NCBI GenBank assembly: GCA_043779265.1
Contig: JAYWEM010000026.1
Coordinates: 1 to 13,760 of the forward strand
Source: a bacterium
GTDB lineage: Bacteria; Eisenbacteria; RBG-16-71-46
DNA length: 13,760 nucleotides
Direction: 5' to 3'
Part shown: in pieces, positions 1 to 7,360 of the stretch
Layout: the number at the start of each line of letters is the position of its first letter
Position numbering within the stretch: position 1 is the first letter of the stretch
The notes under the pieces: model-generated
What the model was told of the DNA's origin: nothing
Database searches by the model: none
Seen by the model: the letters and a program-made list of their open reading frames with translations, nothing else
Position numbers and translations under genes: made by a program

Positions 1-1505
1 TGCACGGCGGCATTCCAGTTGAAGCGCAGCTTGGGGTCACCCTTGCGCCGCAGCGGTTTGATGTCGCGTGTTTCGCCGGTCGACATGCGGACGCGCGAGA
101 TGTTGCCGCCCTGATACATGCAGTAGAGCAGCTCGTCGTCGGCCGGATCGGTGAACGCCCAGAATCCGTCACCGCCCAGCATCGACTCCCATCGGCGATT
201 GGGGATGCCGCCCGTGAAGCGCGACGGACCGCGCCAGGTGCCGTTGTCCTGCAGCCCGCCATACACGTTGTAGGGGAACTGCATATCGTGGCTGACATGG
301 TAGAACTGGCCGACCGGGATGTTGCTGCACAGCCGCCAGGTCGTGCCGCGGTCCATCGAGATGTAGACGCCGCCGTCGGTTCCCATGACCAGGAACTCGG
401 TGTCGTTGGGATCGACCCACAGGGCGTGCACATCGGAGTGGTAGCTCGAGCCGTCCCGGCCACTGCCACCGCCGAACGTCGTGCCGGCATCCTCGCTCAC
501 CGACAGCGTGACCCCGCCCTTGTACACGCGATCGAACTTCACCGGGTCGGCGACGACGCGCGCGAAGTAGAACGGCCGCATGGTCACATTGCCATTGCTG
601 TCGTTCTCGCGCTCCCAACTCTCGCCCGTGTCATCGCTGCGATAGAACGCCGTCGCCTTGGACTCGACCACCGCATAGAGGCGGTTGGGCCGCGTTGGCG
701 AGATGGCGATGCCGATGCGACCGAGTTCACCCGCCGGCAGGCCGCGCGACAGCTTCTTCCAGGTCGCGCCGCCGTCGACACTCTTGTAGAGCCCGCTGCC
801 CGGGCCGCCGCTCGCGAACGTCCACGCCTGCCGCCGCACCTGCCACATCGAGGCGTAGACGATCCTCGGGTTCTGCGGATCCATCGCGATGTCGGCCGCG
901 CCGGTGTTCTCGTCCACATAGAGCGTGCGCTGCCACGTCTTGCCGCCATCGATCGTGCGATACACGCCGCGTTCCCCGCCCGCAGCGAACAGCGGCCCCA
1001 CTGCCGCCACGAGGACGGTGTCGGGGTGGAGCGGGTCGATCACCACGCGGCCGATGCGCTCGGACTTCTCGAGCCCCATGCGCTTCCAGGTGTCGCCGCC
1101 GTCGGTCGTCTTGTAAATGCCGTATCCCATGCCGACGCTGTTGCGCGTCCACGACTCGCCCGTGCCGACCCACACCACCTTCGGGTCGCGCTTGGAGACC
1201 GCGAGATCCCCGATCGACTGCGGATGGTCATCGAACACCGGCCGCCACGTCGTGCCCGCATCGCGCGAACGCCAGACCCCGCCGCCGCCCGTACCAGCCC
1301 ACAGCGTGATGCGCTCACCGGGGACACCATCGAGACAGGTGATGCGGCCGCTCATGGAGCCGGGGCCGAGATGGCGGGCCTTGAGCCCTTCGAACGTGTC
1401 GGAGTCGAGCTTCCAGTCATCGGCTGCGCGAGCGGAGACGGCGACCGTGGACGACAGCGCCGCGACTGCGATGAGCAGCGCGGCACGGCTCAGAAGGCGG
1501 CGCAT
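1..1505 (-). CDS. Secreted BNR/Asp-box repeat beta-propeller protein (VPS10/sortilin-like, often annotated 'glycosyl hydrolase'); 3'-truncated by the window edge
   Basis: Hand-translated from ATG at 1505-1503 (GAGGG upstream): MRRLLSRAALLIAVAALSSTVAVSARA|ADDWKLDSDTFEGLKARHLGPGSMSGRI...VWVGTGE...GRIGIAIS...RPFYF...HSDVHALWVDP...GGLQDNG...GGDGF...RFNWNAAV. Open for 501 codons to position 3. Sec signal ending A-R-A. Seven Asp-boxes in the window (SRDAGTTW, TTDGGDTW, TIDGGKTW, SVDGGATW, SDDTGESW, SEDAGTTF, SMDRGTTW). Missing from the ORF track because its stop lies outside the window. Confidence 0.93.
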   Translation of the reverse strand, partial: MRRLLSRAALLIAVAALSSTVAVSARAADDWKLDSDTFEGLKARHLGPGSMSGRITCLDGVPGERITLWAGTGGGGVWRSRDAGTTWRPVFDDHPQSIGDLAVSKRDPKVVWVGTGESWTRNSVGMGYGIYKTTDGGDTWKRMGLEKSERIGRVVIDPLHPDTVLVAAVGPLFAAGGERGVYRTIDGGKTWQRTLYVDENTGAADIAMDPQNPRIVYASMWQVRRQAWTFASGGPGSGLYKSVDGGATWKKLSRGLPAGELGRIGIAISPTRPNRLYAVVESKATAFYRSDDTGESWERENDSNGNVTMRPFYFARVVADPVKFDRVYKGGVTLSVSEDAGTTFGGGSGRDGSSYHSDVHALWVDPNDTEFLVMGTDGGVYISMDRGTTWRLCSNIPVGQFYHVSHDMQFPYNVYGGLQDNGTWRGPSRFTGGIPNRRWESMLGGDGFWAFTDPADDELLYCMYQGGNISRVRMSTGETRDIKPLRRKGDPKLRFNWNAAV

Positions 1506-1534
1506 GGGGACCCTCAGCGGGGGTTGGAGATACA

Positions 1535-1568
1535 CGCGCGGCGCGGGCCTGTCGGTCCGCGCCGCGCG
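1535..1568. other. Intergenic stem-loop between the LolA-like and VPS10 genes
   Basis: CGCGCGGCGCGG (1535-1546) and CCGCGCCGCGCG (1557-1568) form a perfect 12-bp inverted repeat. No U-tract on the minus strand, so not a classical intrinsic terminator. Confidence 0.6.
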
Positions 1569-1581
1569 CACTACCAGTGGA

Positions 1582-2385
1582 TCACTTGCCCTTCTTGGCT
1601 GCCGGGGCGTCCTTCTTCGATTCGGCTGCCTTGGCCGGCTCGGCCTTGTCCGCAGCCGGCGCGGCCACGGGCATCACGAAGCGCGAGTCCTCGAGCTTGA
1701 CGTTCATCTCGATCTTGTCGAACACCATCTTCTGACGCTGCGGCGCGCCCTTGGCGCCCTGCTCCATCGTGTGCGCGAAGAGAATGCCATCGATGTCCTT
1801 GTAGTCGCCGTAGACGCTCTCGGCCTCGACTTCGGTGCCGCGGAGCTTGCGCTTCGCCTCGGTCTTGAGCGTCAGGAAGGTCTCGGTGTCGATCCAGTGG
1901 GTCTCGACCTTGCCGCCCTTCTTGGTGAGCTTCAACTTGTAGCAATCGGCGCCTTCGACCGACTCGTTCTCGAGCAACTCGACCGTGCTGCCCTTGGTCT
2001 TCCAGTCGACCAGCCCACCATCGAATTCATCGTCGAGCATCTCCTGTGCGTCCTCGGTCGGGATCGGCTCGGGATCCTTCTTGCCCATGAACGGCATCAC
2101 CATCCACGGCTTCACACCATCGCTGGCCTGGATGCCCGTCATGCCCGAGAACGTGAACTCCATGCGCTGCTTATTGGGGCGCGCACGCTCCATCGTGAAC
2201 GGCGCCTCCATGCCCGGCCCGATGCCCATCTTGCCGGTCACGCGCATGGTCTTGATCGACTTGAGCTTCTCGAGCCCGCCTTGAGCTTCGAAGTGCTTCG
2301 AGAGCACCTCGTCGAGGCTCGCCGCGTGAGCAAGCGGAGCAAGCATGGCGAGGAGCGCGACGGCGAGGATCGATCGACGGAACAT
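1582..2385 (-). CDS. Outer-membrane lipoprotein-sorting (LolA-like fold) secreted protein, 267 aa
   Basis: Start moved from 2640 to ATG 2385, which has GGAGGT 9 nt upstream. Signal peptide MFRRSILAVALLAMLAPLAHA. Family-typical motifs 'LDEVLSKHFEAQGGLEKL..IKT', 'RPNKQRME', 'E.VEGADCYKL', 'WID..TFL', 'YGDYKDIDGILFAH', 'IEMNVKLEDSRF.MP'. Ala/Lys/Glu-rich C-terminal tail. Confidence 0.82.
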   Translation of the reverse strand: MFRRSILAVALLAMLAPLAHAASLDEVLSKHFEAQGGLEKLKSIKTMRVTGKMGIGPGMEAPFTMERARPNKQRMEFTFSGMTGIQASDGVKPWMVMPFMGKKDPEPIPTEDAQEMLDDEFDGGLVDWKTKGSTVELLENESVEGADCYKLKLTKKGGKVETHWIDTETFLTLKTEAKRKLRGTEVEAESVYGDYKDIDGILFAHTMEQGAKGAPQRQKMVFDKIEMNVKLEDSRFVMPVAAPAADKAEPAKAAESKKDAPAAKKGK

Positions 2386-2402
2386 GAGCAGCTGACCTCC
2401 GT

Positions 2403-2421
2403 GCGAGATGCGGCATCTCGC
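2403..2421. repeat. Perfect 9-1-9 palindrome GCGAGATGC-G-GCATCTCGC
   Basis: Read directly from the sequence. Lies immediately 5' (minus-strand sense) of the GGAGGT ribosome-binding site (2400-2395) of the LolA-like gene. Confidence 0.6.
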
Positions 2422-2487
2422 GGGATGTGGGGGTTGCGCGGCATCCGGCGTCGGGCGCCAGAGCCGCTGCGGTGCGACGAGGCAGGA

Positions 2488-2514
2488 TACGGTGACTCGC
2501 CTCGCGCGGTTGCA
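2488..2514 (-). promoter_or_regulatory. Putative ECF-sigma promoter, copy 1 (TGCAAC-N17-CGTA)
   Basis: Minus strand reads TGCAACCgcgcgaggcgagtCACCGTA. Has the AAC (-35) and CGT (-10) cores typical of ECF sigma factors. The same motif recurs at 7330-7356. Confidence 0.65.
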
Positions 2515-2623
2515 GAGCCTCGGGTGGGGAACGCGCTGACGGTAGCGGGAGCGATCCGATTCCCCCGCGCCTGCCCCACGAGCGCGGCCAGCAAAGCGAC
2601 AGGCGCGGCGCACTCGCTTCGGG

Positions 2624-2629
2624 TAGAGT
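2624..2629 (+). promoter_or_regulatory. Putative -10 element TAGAGT for the serine-kinase-like gene
   Basis: TAnnnT hexamer 9 nt upstream of ATG 2639, with no Shine-Dalgarno between them. Confidence 0.4.
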
Positions 2630-2638
2630 CCGCGCCCC

Positions 2639-3493
2639 ATGGAACAGCCCGACTTCCGATTGCCCGACCTGCGCTTCGTGCCCGTCGAGGACGTGCATCC
2701 TCACGAGTGGAACGACCTGCAGCGCACCGAGCCGCTCGTCCAGAAGCTCAAGGAGAGCGGCGCACTGCGCGACCCTCCCATCGCGGTGCAGGTCGGTGAC
2801 GGACATCGTGTCGAGACGCGCTATGTCGTGCTCGACGGGGCCAACCGCACCACCGCCGCGAAGGCCGCGGGCTGGCCGCACATCGTGGTGCAGGTCGTGC
2901 GCTACGAGGAGCCGTGGGTGCAGCTCGGCACCTGGTTCCACGCGCTGACGGCCGACGCGCGCGCCTCGCTCGAGTCCGGACTCGCCGCGATCCGCGGCCT
3001 CGAGCAGACCACGCACGACAAGTTGCACGCGCGCGCCATGCTCGCGCGCCGCGAAGCGCTGGCCTGTGTCGCATTGAGCGAGGGCGAGGCGATCGTGCTG
3101 CGCGGTGGCCGCACGCTGCATCGGCGCAATCAGCTCCTCAACGAGGTCGTGAGCGTCTACCACAACCGAGTGCCGTACGTGCGCGCCACGACGGACTCGC
3201 TCATGCAGGTGAGGCGCGACCACCCCGAGGCCAGCGCGCTGGTGATCTTCCCGCGCTATGACCCGGCCGAAGTCATCGAACTGGCGAGCGCCGGCGAGTT
3301 ACTGCCGGCGGGCATCACCCGGCATCTGATCCAGTGGCGCGCGCTGCGCGTCAGCATCCCCATCGCGATGTGCGCCGGCACGAAGATGCCGCTCGCCGAG
3401 AAGAACGCCTGGATGGACCAGTGGCTCGCCGATCGCGTCCGGCAGCGGCAAGTGCGCTTCTACGGCGAGCCCACGGTGATGTTCGACGAGTGA
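2639..3493 (+). CDS. ParB/Srx-fold SbnI/SerK-like free L-serine kinase (O-phospho-L-serine synthase) homologue, 284 aa
   Basis: N-terminal ParB-like motifs 'LRFVPVEDVHPHE' (Glu23), 'LRDPPIAV' and 'RYVVLDGANRTTA' (Asp66). C-terminal 'GELLPAGITRHLIQWRALRVSIPI...VRFYGEPTVMFDE' resembles the S. aureus SbnI C-terminus as I recall it (GETVPAGVTRF..GRCLNLQVPL...MRCYTEKVYLVE). No HTH or spreading domain of true ParB. Confidence 0.75.
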   Translation: MEQPDFRLPDLRFVPVEDVHPHEWNDLQRTEPLVQKLKESGALRDPPIAVQVGDGHRVETRYVVLDGANRTTAAKAAGWPHIVVQVVRYEEPWVQLGTWFHALTADARASLESGLAAIRGLEQTTHDKLHARAMLARREALACVALSEGEAIVLRGGRTLHRRNQLLNEVVSVYHNRVPYVRATTDSLMQVRRDHPEASALVIFPRYDPAEVIELASAGELLPAGITRHLIQWRALRVSIPIAMCAGTKMPLAEKNAWMDQWLADRVRQRQVRFYGEPTVMFDE

Positions 3494-3503
3494 TCGGCTG
3501 GCC

Positions 3504-3890
3504 TCAGGCCACCGGCCGCATCGCCATCAGCGCGAGCGGATTGCCCTCGGAGTCCTTGAACTCGCACAGCCACAGCTCCTGCGTGCCCATCACGGCGATC
3601 CGATGGGGTGGGCTGGCGAACGCGACGCCATGCACCTCGAGCCCGGTGTGGGCCGCCACGATGTCGGCCACATCGAAGTAGAGGATCGAGCCCGGGTGGT
3701 CGTGCTCCGGCGTCGGCGGCGAGATCATCAGACGAACGCCTCCCGCATCGAAGAACGCCAGGCCGGGCGGCGCCGCGAACAGGAACTTCATGCCGAGCAC
3801 ATCGCGATAGAACGCCGTGGCGCGATCGACATCGTGGGCGACCACGGCGATCTGGGTGATCTTCGAGAGGGAGACAGGAGCTGCGTTCAT
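3504..3890 (-). CDS. VOC-family protein (glyoxalase/bleomycin-resistance/dioxygenase superfamily), 128 aa
   Basis: Start moved to ATG 3890, which has AGGAG upstream. Motifs 'ITQIAVVAHDVDRATAFYRDVLG', 'LAFFDAGGVRLMI', 'ILYFDVADI', 'FKDSEGNPLALM'. Confidence 0.92.
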   Translation of the reverse strand: MNAAPVSLSKITQIAVVAHDVDRATAFYRDVLGMKFLFAAPPGLAFFDAGGVRLMISPPTPEHDHPGSILYFDVADIVAAHTGLEVHGVAFASPPHRIAVMGTQELWLCEFKDSEGNPLALMAMRPVA

Positions 3891-3985
3891 CGAGTCTCCT
3901 CGAGCGTGGGTGCGCATTCACTGCGATTGAGCGGCGCAAGGGCCTGAATCGCCTTGCCGACGTGCACCCTAGCGCAGCCGGAGGT

Positions 3986-3991
3986 TAGAGT
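3986..3991 (+). promoter_or_regulatory. Putative -10 element TAGAGT directly upstream of the dehydrogenase start codon
   Basis: TAGAGT lies 6 nt before ATG 3998. A GGAGGT at 3980-3985 is also present, 12 nt from the ATG, so the reading is ambiguous. Confidence 0.4.
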
Positions 3992-3997
3992 GCATCG

Positions 3998-5026
3998 ATG
4001 AAGGCGATCGTGTTCGACCGCTTCGGCGGCCCTGATGTGCTCGAGCTGCGCGACGTGCCCGAGCCCGCGCTGCGCCCGGTTGAGGCGCGGGTGAGCGTGC
4101 GCGCCTGCGGCATCAACCACCTCGATCTCTGGGTGAGGAAGGGTCTGCCCGGGCTCGACGTCCGCCTACCGCACATCCTCGGCAACGACATCGTGGGCGA
4201 GGTGAGCGAGATCGGCAGCGCCGTACGGCACCTCGAAGTGGGCCAGCGCACGTTGGTGCTGCCGACGCTGTCGTGCGGCGTGTGCGCGAGCTGCATGGCG
4301 GGCGACGACCACCTGTGCCGCGAGTACGACGTGCTCGGCCGCAAGCGAGATGGCGGCTACGCCGAGTCGGTGGCGGTCCCGGCGATCAACTGCCTACCCT
4401 ACCCTCAGCGTCTGACTTGGGAGCAGGCCGCCGCCGTGCCGCTCGTCTTCCTGACCGCATGGCACATGCTGGTCGGCCGCGCGAAGCTGCGCGCCGGCGA
4501 GGACGTGCTGATCATCGGGGCGGGCAGCGGCGTCGGTAGTGCGGCGATCCAGATCGCACGCTTGATGGGCGCCCGCGTGATCGCCACGGCGGGCTCGAAT
4601 GAGAAGCTCGAACGCGCCCGCGCACTTGGCGCCCACGACCGCATCGATCATTCCAGCGAGGACATCGCCGCCCGCGCCCGCGCATTGACCGGCCGCAAGG
4701 GCGTCGAGGTCGTGCTCGAGCATGTGGGGGACCGGGTGTTCGAAGCCGGTGTCGCCGCACTCGCCAGGGACGGCCGGCTCGTCACGTGCGGCGCCACGGC
4801 GGGATCCAAGGTGACGCTCGATGTGAACCTGCTGTTCGGCCGCCACCTGACGCTGATGGGATCGTGGATGGGGCGGCGCTCGGAGTTGCTCGAGGTACTG
4901 CGTCACATCGAGAGCGGTGAACTCGAACCCGTGGTCGACATCGTGCTGCCGCTGGCCGAGGCTCGGGCCGCGCACGAACGCATCGAGGCGAGGCAGCACT
5001 TCGGCAAGGTCGTGCTGCTGCCCTGA
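3998..5026 (+). CDS. Zinc-binding alcohol dehydrogenase / MDR superfamily oxidoreductase, 342 aa
   Basis: 'MKAI....GGPDVL', 'ACGINHLD', 'PHILGND..GEV', structural-Zn motif CGVCASCMAGDDHLC, Rossmann 'GAGSGVG', C-terminal 'FGKVVL'. Confidence 0.95.
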   Translation: MKAIVFDRFGGPDVLELRDVPEPALRPVEARVSVRACGINHLDLWVRKGLPGLDVRLPHILGNDIVGEVSEIGSAVRHLEVGQRTLVLPTLSCGVCASCMAGDDHLCREYDVLGRKRDGGYAESVAVPAINCLPYPQRLTWEQAAAVPLVFLTAWHMLVGRAKLRAGEDVLIIGAGSGVGSAAIQIARLMGARVIATAGSNEKLERARALGAHDRIDHSSEDIAARARALTGRKGVEVVLEHVGDRVFEAGVAALARDGRLVTCGATAGSKVTLDVNLLFGRHLTLMGSWMGRRSELLEVLRHIESGELEPVVDIVLPLAEARAAHERIEARQHFGKVVLLP

Positions 5027-5120
5027 GGGCCGAGCCCCTGCGAACGGGCGCGTGGTGAGTCTCGAGGGGGGAGTCTCGGCTGCTGCCTCGCGAACTTGAG
5101 CGGCCGGGGCGCGGCTTCTC

Positions 5121-6320
5121 TCAGCGCTCGCGCGACCAGCGGATCAGTTCCGGCAGCGAGACGTCCTTGCCGTACATCAGCATGGCGACACGGAACGCGT
5201 GCCCGGCGATGCCGCGCATCCACCATGCCGCAGCCGCCATCAGCGCCACCGTGGCGATCGCCTCCCACAGGCCGACCCCGCCGAGTGCCATGCGGGCGGG
5301 CGTGAGGATCGGCGAGAACGGTGGGAACATCGAGACCGGGATCAGCCACGGCAGGTCGGGCTGGTCGATGGCCGGTCCGATGAAGACGACTGACAGGAAC
5401 GGCAGCCCGATCAACATGCTGTTCATCGACTGCGTGGTCTGAAGGTCCTTGAGCGTGGCCATGACCGCGGCGGACAGTGCCGAGTAGAAGACGAGCCCGA
5501 GCACCGTGAGCGACAGCGCGGTGAACATGAAGAGCGGCGAGGCGATCGGCGGCAGCTCGAAGCGCCACAGCAGGGCGCAGCCGATGCCGCTCGCCAGGTA
5601 GACGACCGCCTGCACGAGCCCCAGCCCGACGTACGCCACGAGCTTGCCGTCGATCCAGGTCTGAGGCGAGACCGCCGAGACGATCACCTCGGTGATGCGA
5701 TGGGACTTCTCGGCGCTCACGCCCGTCATCATGTAGGACAGCGTCACCAGGTGAACGAAGCAGAACAGCAGCAGGAGTCCGAGCGCCGTCATCTTCTCAG
5801 CACGCGAGGAGCCCGTGGTGGCCGAGACGAGGCCGGCGCGCATGCGGACCGAGTCCTCGAGCGTGGCGACGACCGACGTGTCGAGGCCGAGCCCCGAGGC
5901 TCGCTGCGCACGCGCGACGCGGCGCAGCGAGCTCTCGATGTTGCCGAGAAGCCGCGGCGCGTCGCGCCGCATCAGCAGTTCGACGGGCTCGCCCTGAGCA
6001 AAGCCAGTGGGCACGAACGCGGCGCCATCGAGATCGCGAGCCAGCATCGCGGCACGCAGCGAGTCGCGATGCGCCTCTGCGCCCTGCGGGTAACTCCACA
6101 CCACGCGCTTCTGTGCGAGGAGTGTGTCGGATGCGCCGCTCATCCAGACGATCGCCAGGCGATCGTGCTGGCCCGAACTCATCTTGCCGATCAGCCCGGC
6201 CAGCGCCCCGCTGCCCACCAGGAATAGCGGCGTCAGCAGGAGCGAGATGTAGAAGTCCTTTCGCTTGAGGGTCTTGAGGAACTCCCAGCGGGCGATCGGC
6301 CACCACTCGGGCGCGCGCAT
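5121..6320 (-). CDS. ABC-2 type exporter permease (NatB/YhaP-like), about 399 aa
   Basis: N-terminal 'IARWEFLKTLKRK.F...LL.PL' TM segment, a large extracytoplasmic loop, 'EKSHRITEVIVSAVSP...GK' motif and several C-terminal TM helices ('SMFPPFSP...PAR'). GGAGGT 6 nt upstream of ATG 6320, which overlaps the ATPase stop (TGATG). GTG 6323 is an alternative start. Confidence 0.92.
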   Translation of the reverse strand: MRAPEWWPIARWEFLKTLKRKDFYISLLLTPLFLVGSGALAGLIGKMSSGQHDRLAIVWMSGASDTLLAQKRVVWSYPQGAEAHRDSLRAAMLARDLDGAAFVPTGFAQGEPVELLMRRDAPRLLGNIESSLRRVARAQRASGLGLDTSVVATLEDSVRMRAGLVSATTGSSRAEKMTALGLLLLFCFVHLVTLSYMMTGVSAEKSHRITEVIVSAVSPQTWIDGKLVAYVGLGLVQAVVYLASGIGCALLWRFELPPIASPLFMFTALSLTVLGLVFYSALSAAVMATLKDLQTTQSMNSMLIGLPFLSVVFIGPAIDQPDLPWLIPVSMFPPFSPILTPARMALGGVGLWEAIATVALMAAAAWWMRGIAGHAFRVAMLMYGKDVSLPELIRWSRER

Positions 6321-7258
6321 CACGCCACCTCCTGCGGCGCGATGTCCTCACCGAGCGCGCGCACGTAGATCTCATGCAGACGAAGCGGACGCGATTCGAT
6401 CTCGCGCACCGAGAATCGTGCGGCGACAGCGGCGAGCAGCGCCGAAAGCGAAACGCCGGGCGGCAGCGCCAACTCGGCGCGGCTGACTCCCTCGACCGTC
6501 GCGAGGCGCACGATGGAGGCGCCCGCCTGAGCGGCCAGCGCTTCCCAGCCCGCTTTGTCGGGAGCGCCCTCGACCTCGAACCCCACCACCCGGTCAGCCC
6601 CGCCGACAGCCGCGCGCCGAAGCGCGGCGAGCGTGCCGGACAGCAGCTCGCGGCCCTTCGAGATGAGGAAGAAGCGATCGCACAGCCGCTCGGCCAGGTC
6701 GAGCTGGTGCGCCGAGAGCAGCACCGCGGCCCCCCGCGCGCCTTGCTCGGCGATGACCTCGATGAACATCTCCTGATTGAGCGGGTCGAGCCCCGAGAAC
6801 GGCTCATCGAGGATGATCAGATCGGGGTCATGCAGCATCGCACCGGCGACCTGCACCTTCTGCTGGTTCCCCTTGCTCAGCGTCTCGACGCGGTCCTTGG
6901 CACGGTCGGCGAGCGCGAGCCGATCGAGCCAGCGCGCCGAGGCCGCGCGCGCCGCCGCCCACGTCATGCCGCGTAGCGTGCCCAAGTAGGCGAGCATGTC
7001 CTGCGCCGGGACATCGGGATAGAGGCCGCGCTCCTCGGGCAGGTAGCCGAGGCGGCGGCGATCGAGCGCGCCCCCCTCGAAGCTGATGCTCCCCGAGTCG
7101 GGACGCGTCAGGCCGAGCACCATGCGGAGCGTGGTCGTCTTGCCGGCGCCGTTGGGCCCGAGGAATCCCACCACCTCGCCACGGCTCACGTCGAAGCTGA
7201 CGTCAGCTGCAGCGACGCGATCGCCATAGCGCTTGGTGACCCGGTCGATACGGAGCAT
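6320..7258 (-). CDS. ABC exporter ATP-binding protein (NatA/YhaQ-like), 312 aa
   Basis: Start moved to ATG 7258 (GAAAGG upstream). Walker A GPNGAGKT, 'GYLPEERGLY', signature variant LSKGNQQ, Walker B IILDEP, H-loop SAH, C-terminal 'L.EIYV' extension. Confidence 0.95.
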   Translation of the reverse strand: MLRIDRVTKRYGDRVAAADVSFDVSRGEVVGFLGPNGAGKTTTLRMVLGLTRPDSGSISFEGGALDRRRLGYLPEERGLYPDVPAQDMLAYLGTLRGMTWAAARAASARWLDRLALADRAKDRVETLSKGNQQKVQVAGAMLHDPDLIILDEPFSGLDPLNQEMFIEVIAEQGARGAAVLLSAHQLDLAERLCDRFFLISKGRELLSGTLAALRRAAVGGADRVVGFEVEGAPDKAGWEALAAQAGASIVRLATVEGVSRAELALPPGVSLSALLAAVAARFSVREIESRPLRLHEIYVRALGEDIAPQEVA

Positions 7259-7295
7259 GCACGGCCTTTCGAGGAATCGGACGCAACGGTCGCCC

Positions 7296-7323
7296 ACGGG
7301 CGATCCGATCAGCGATCGCCCGT
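7296..7323. other. Stem-loop in the predicted 5' UTR of the ABC operon
   Basis: ACGGGCGATC (7296-7305) and GATCGCCCGT (7314-7323) form a perfect 10-bp inverted repeat with an 8-nt loop. Confidence 0.55.
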
Positions 7324-7329
7324 CCATCC

Positions 7330-7356
7330 TACGGTGGGCGGCCATGCTAGGTTGCC
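7330..7356 (-). promoter_or_regulatory. Putative ECF-sigma promoter, copy 2 (GGCAAC-N17-CGTA)
   Basis: Minus strand reads GGCAACCtagcatggccgccCACCGTA. GCAACC, CACCGTA and the 13-nt spacing are identical to the copy at 2488-2514. Confidence 0.65.
7345..7353 (+). promoter_or_regulatory. Putative extended -10 element (TG-C-TAGGTT) for glcF-ycaQ
   Basis: TGnTAnnnT ends 7 nt before GTG 7361. No SD present. Confidence 0.5.
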
Positions 7357-7360
7357 TGCC

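Noticed and set aside
288..1700. 470-aa plus-strand ORF, and similarly 1117..2799 (+, 560 aa)
   Set aside because: Antisense shadows of the VPS10 and LolA-like genes. No family motifs; stop-free antisense frames are expected at this GC and codon bias.
2432..2437. Additional minus-strand GCAACC in the LolA-like leader as a third ECF promoter
   Set aside because: No CGT -10 core at the required spacing.
2386..2640. 85-aa N-terminal extension of the LolA-like ORF in the track; similar extensions at 3917, 7345, 7334, 10174 and 12743
   Set aside because: Downstream starts have SD motifs or adjacent -10 elements, signal peptides or family-typical N-termini. The extensions run through promoter regions.
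2639..3493. Chromosome/plasmid partition protein ParB or ParB-linked defence system
   Set aside because: No HTH or dimerisation domain, no parA or defence neighbour, and the C-terminal half resembles SbnI/SerK.
3936..3962. GCAAG-N15-GCCGACG as a sigma28 promoter for the dehydrogenase
   Set aside because: Both elements are mismatched, and GCCGAC is common in GC-rich DNA.
5027..5120. Bidirectional terminator between the convergent dehydrogenase and permease genes
   Set aside because: No convincing stem with U- or A-tracts found.
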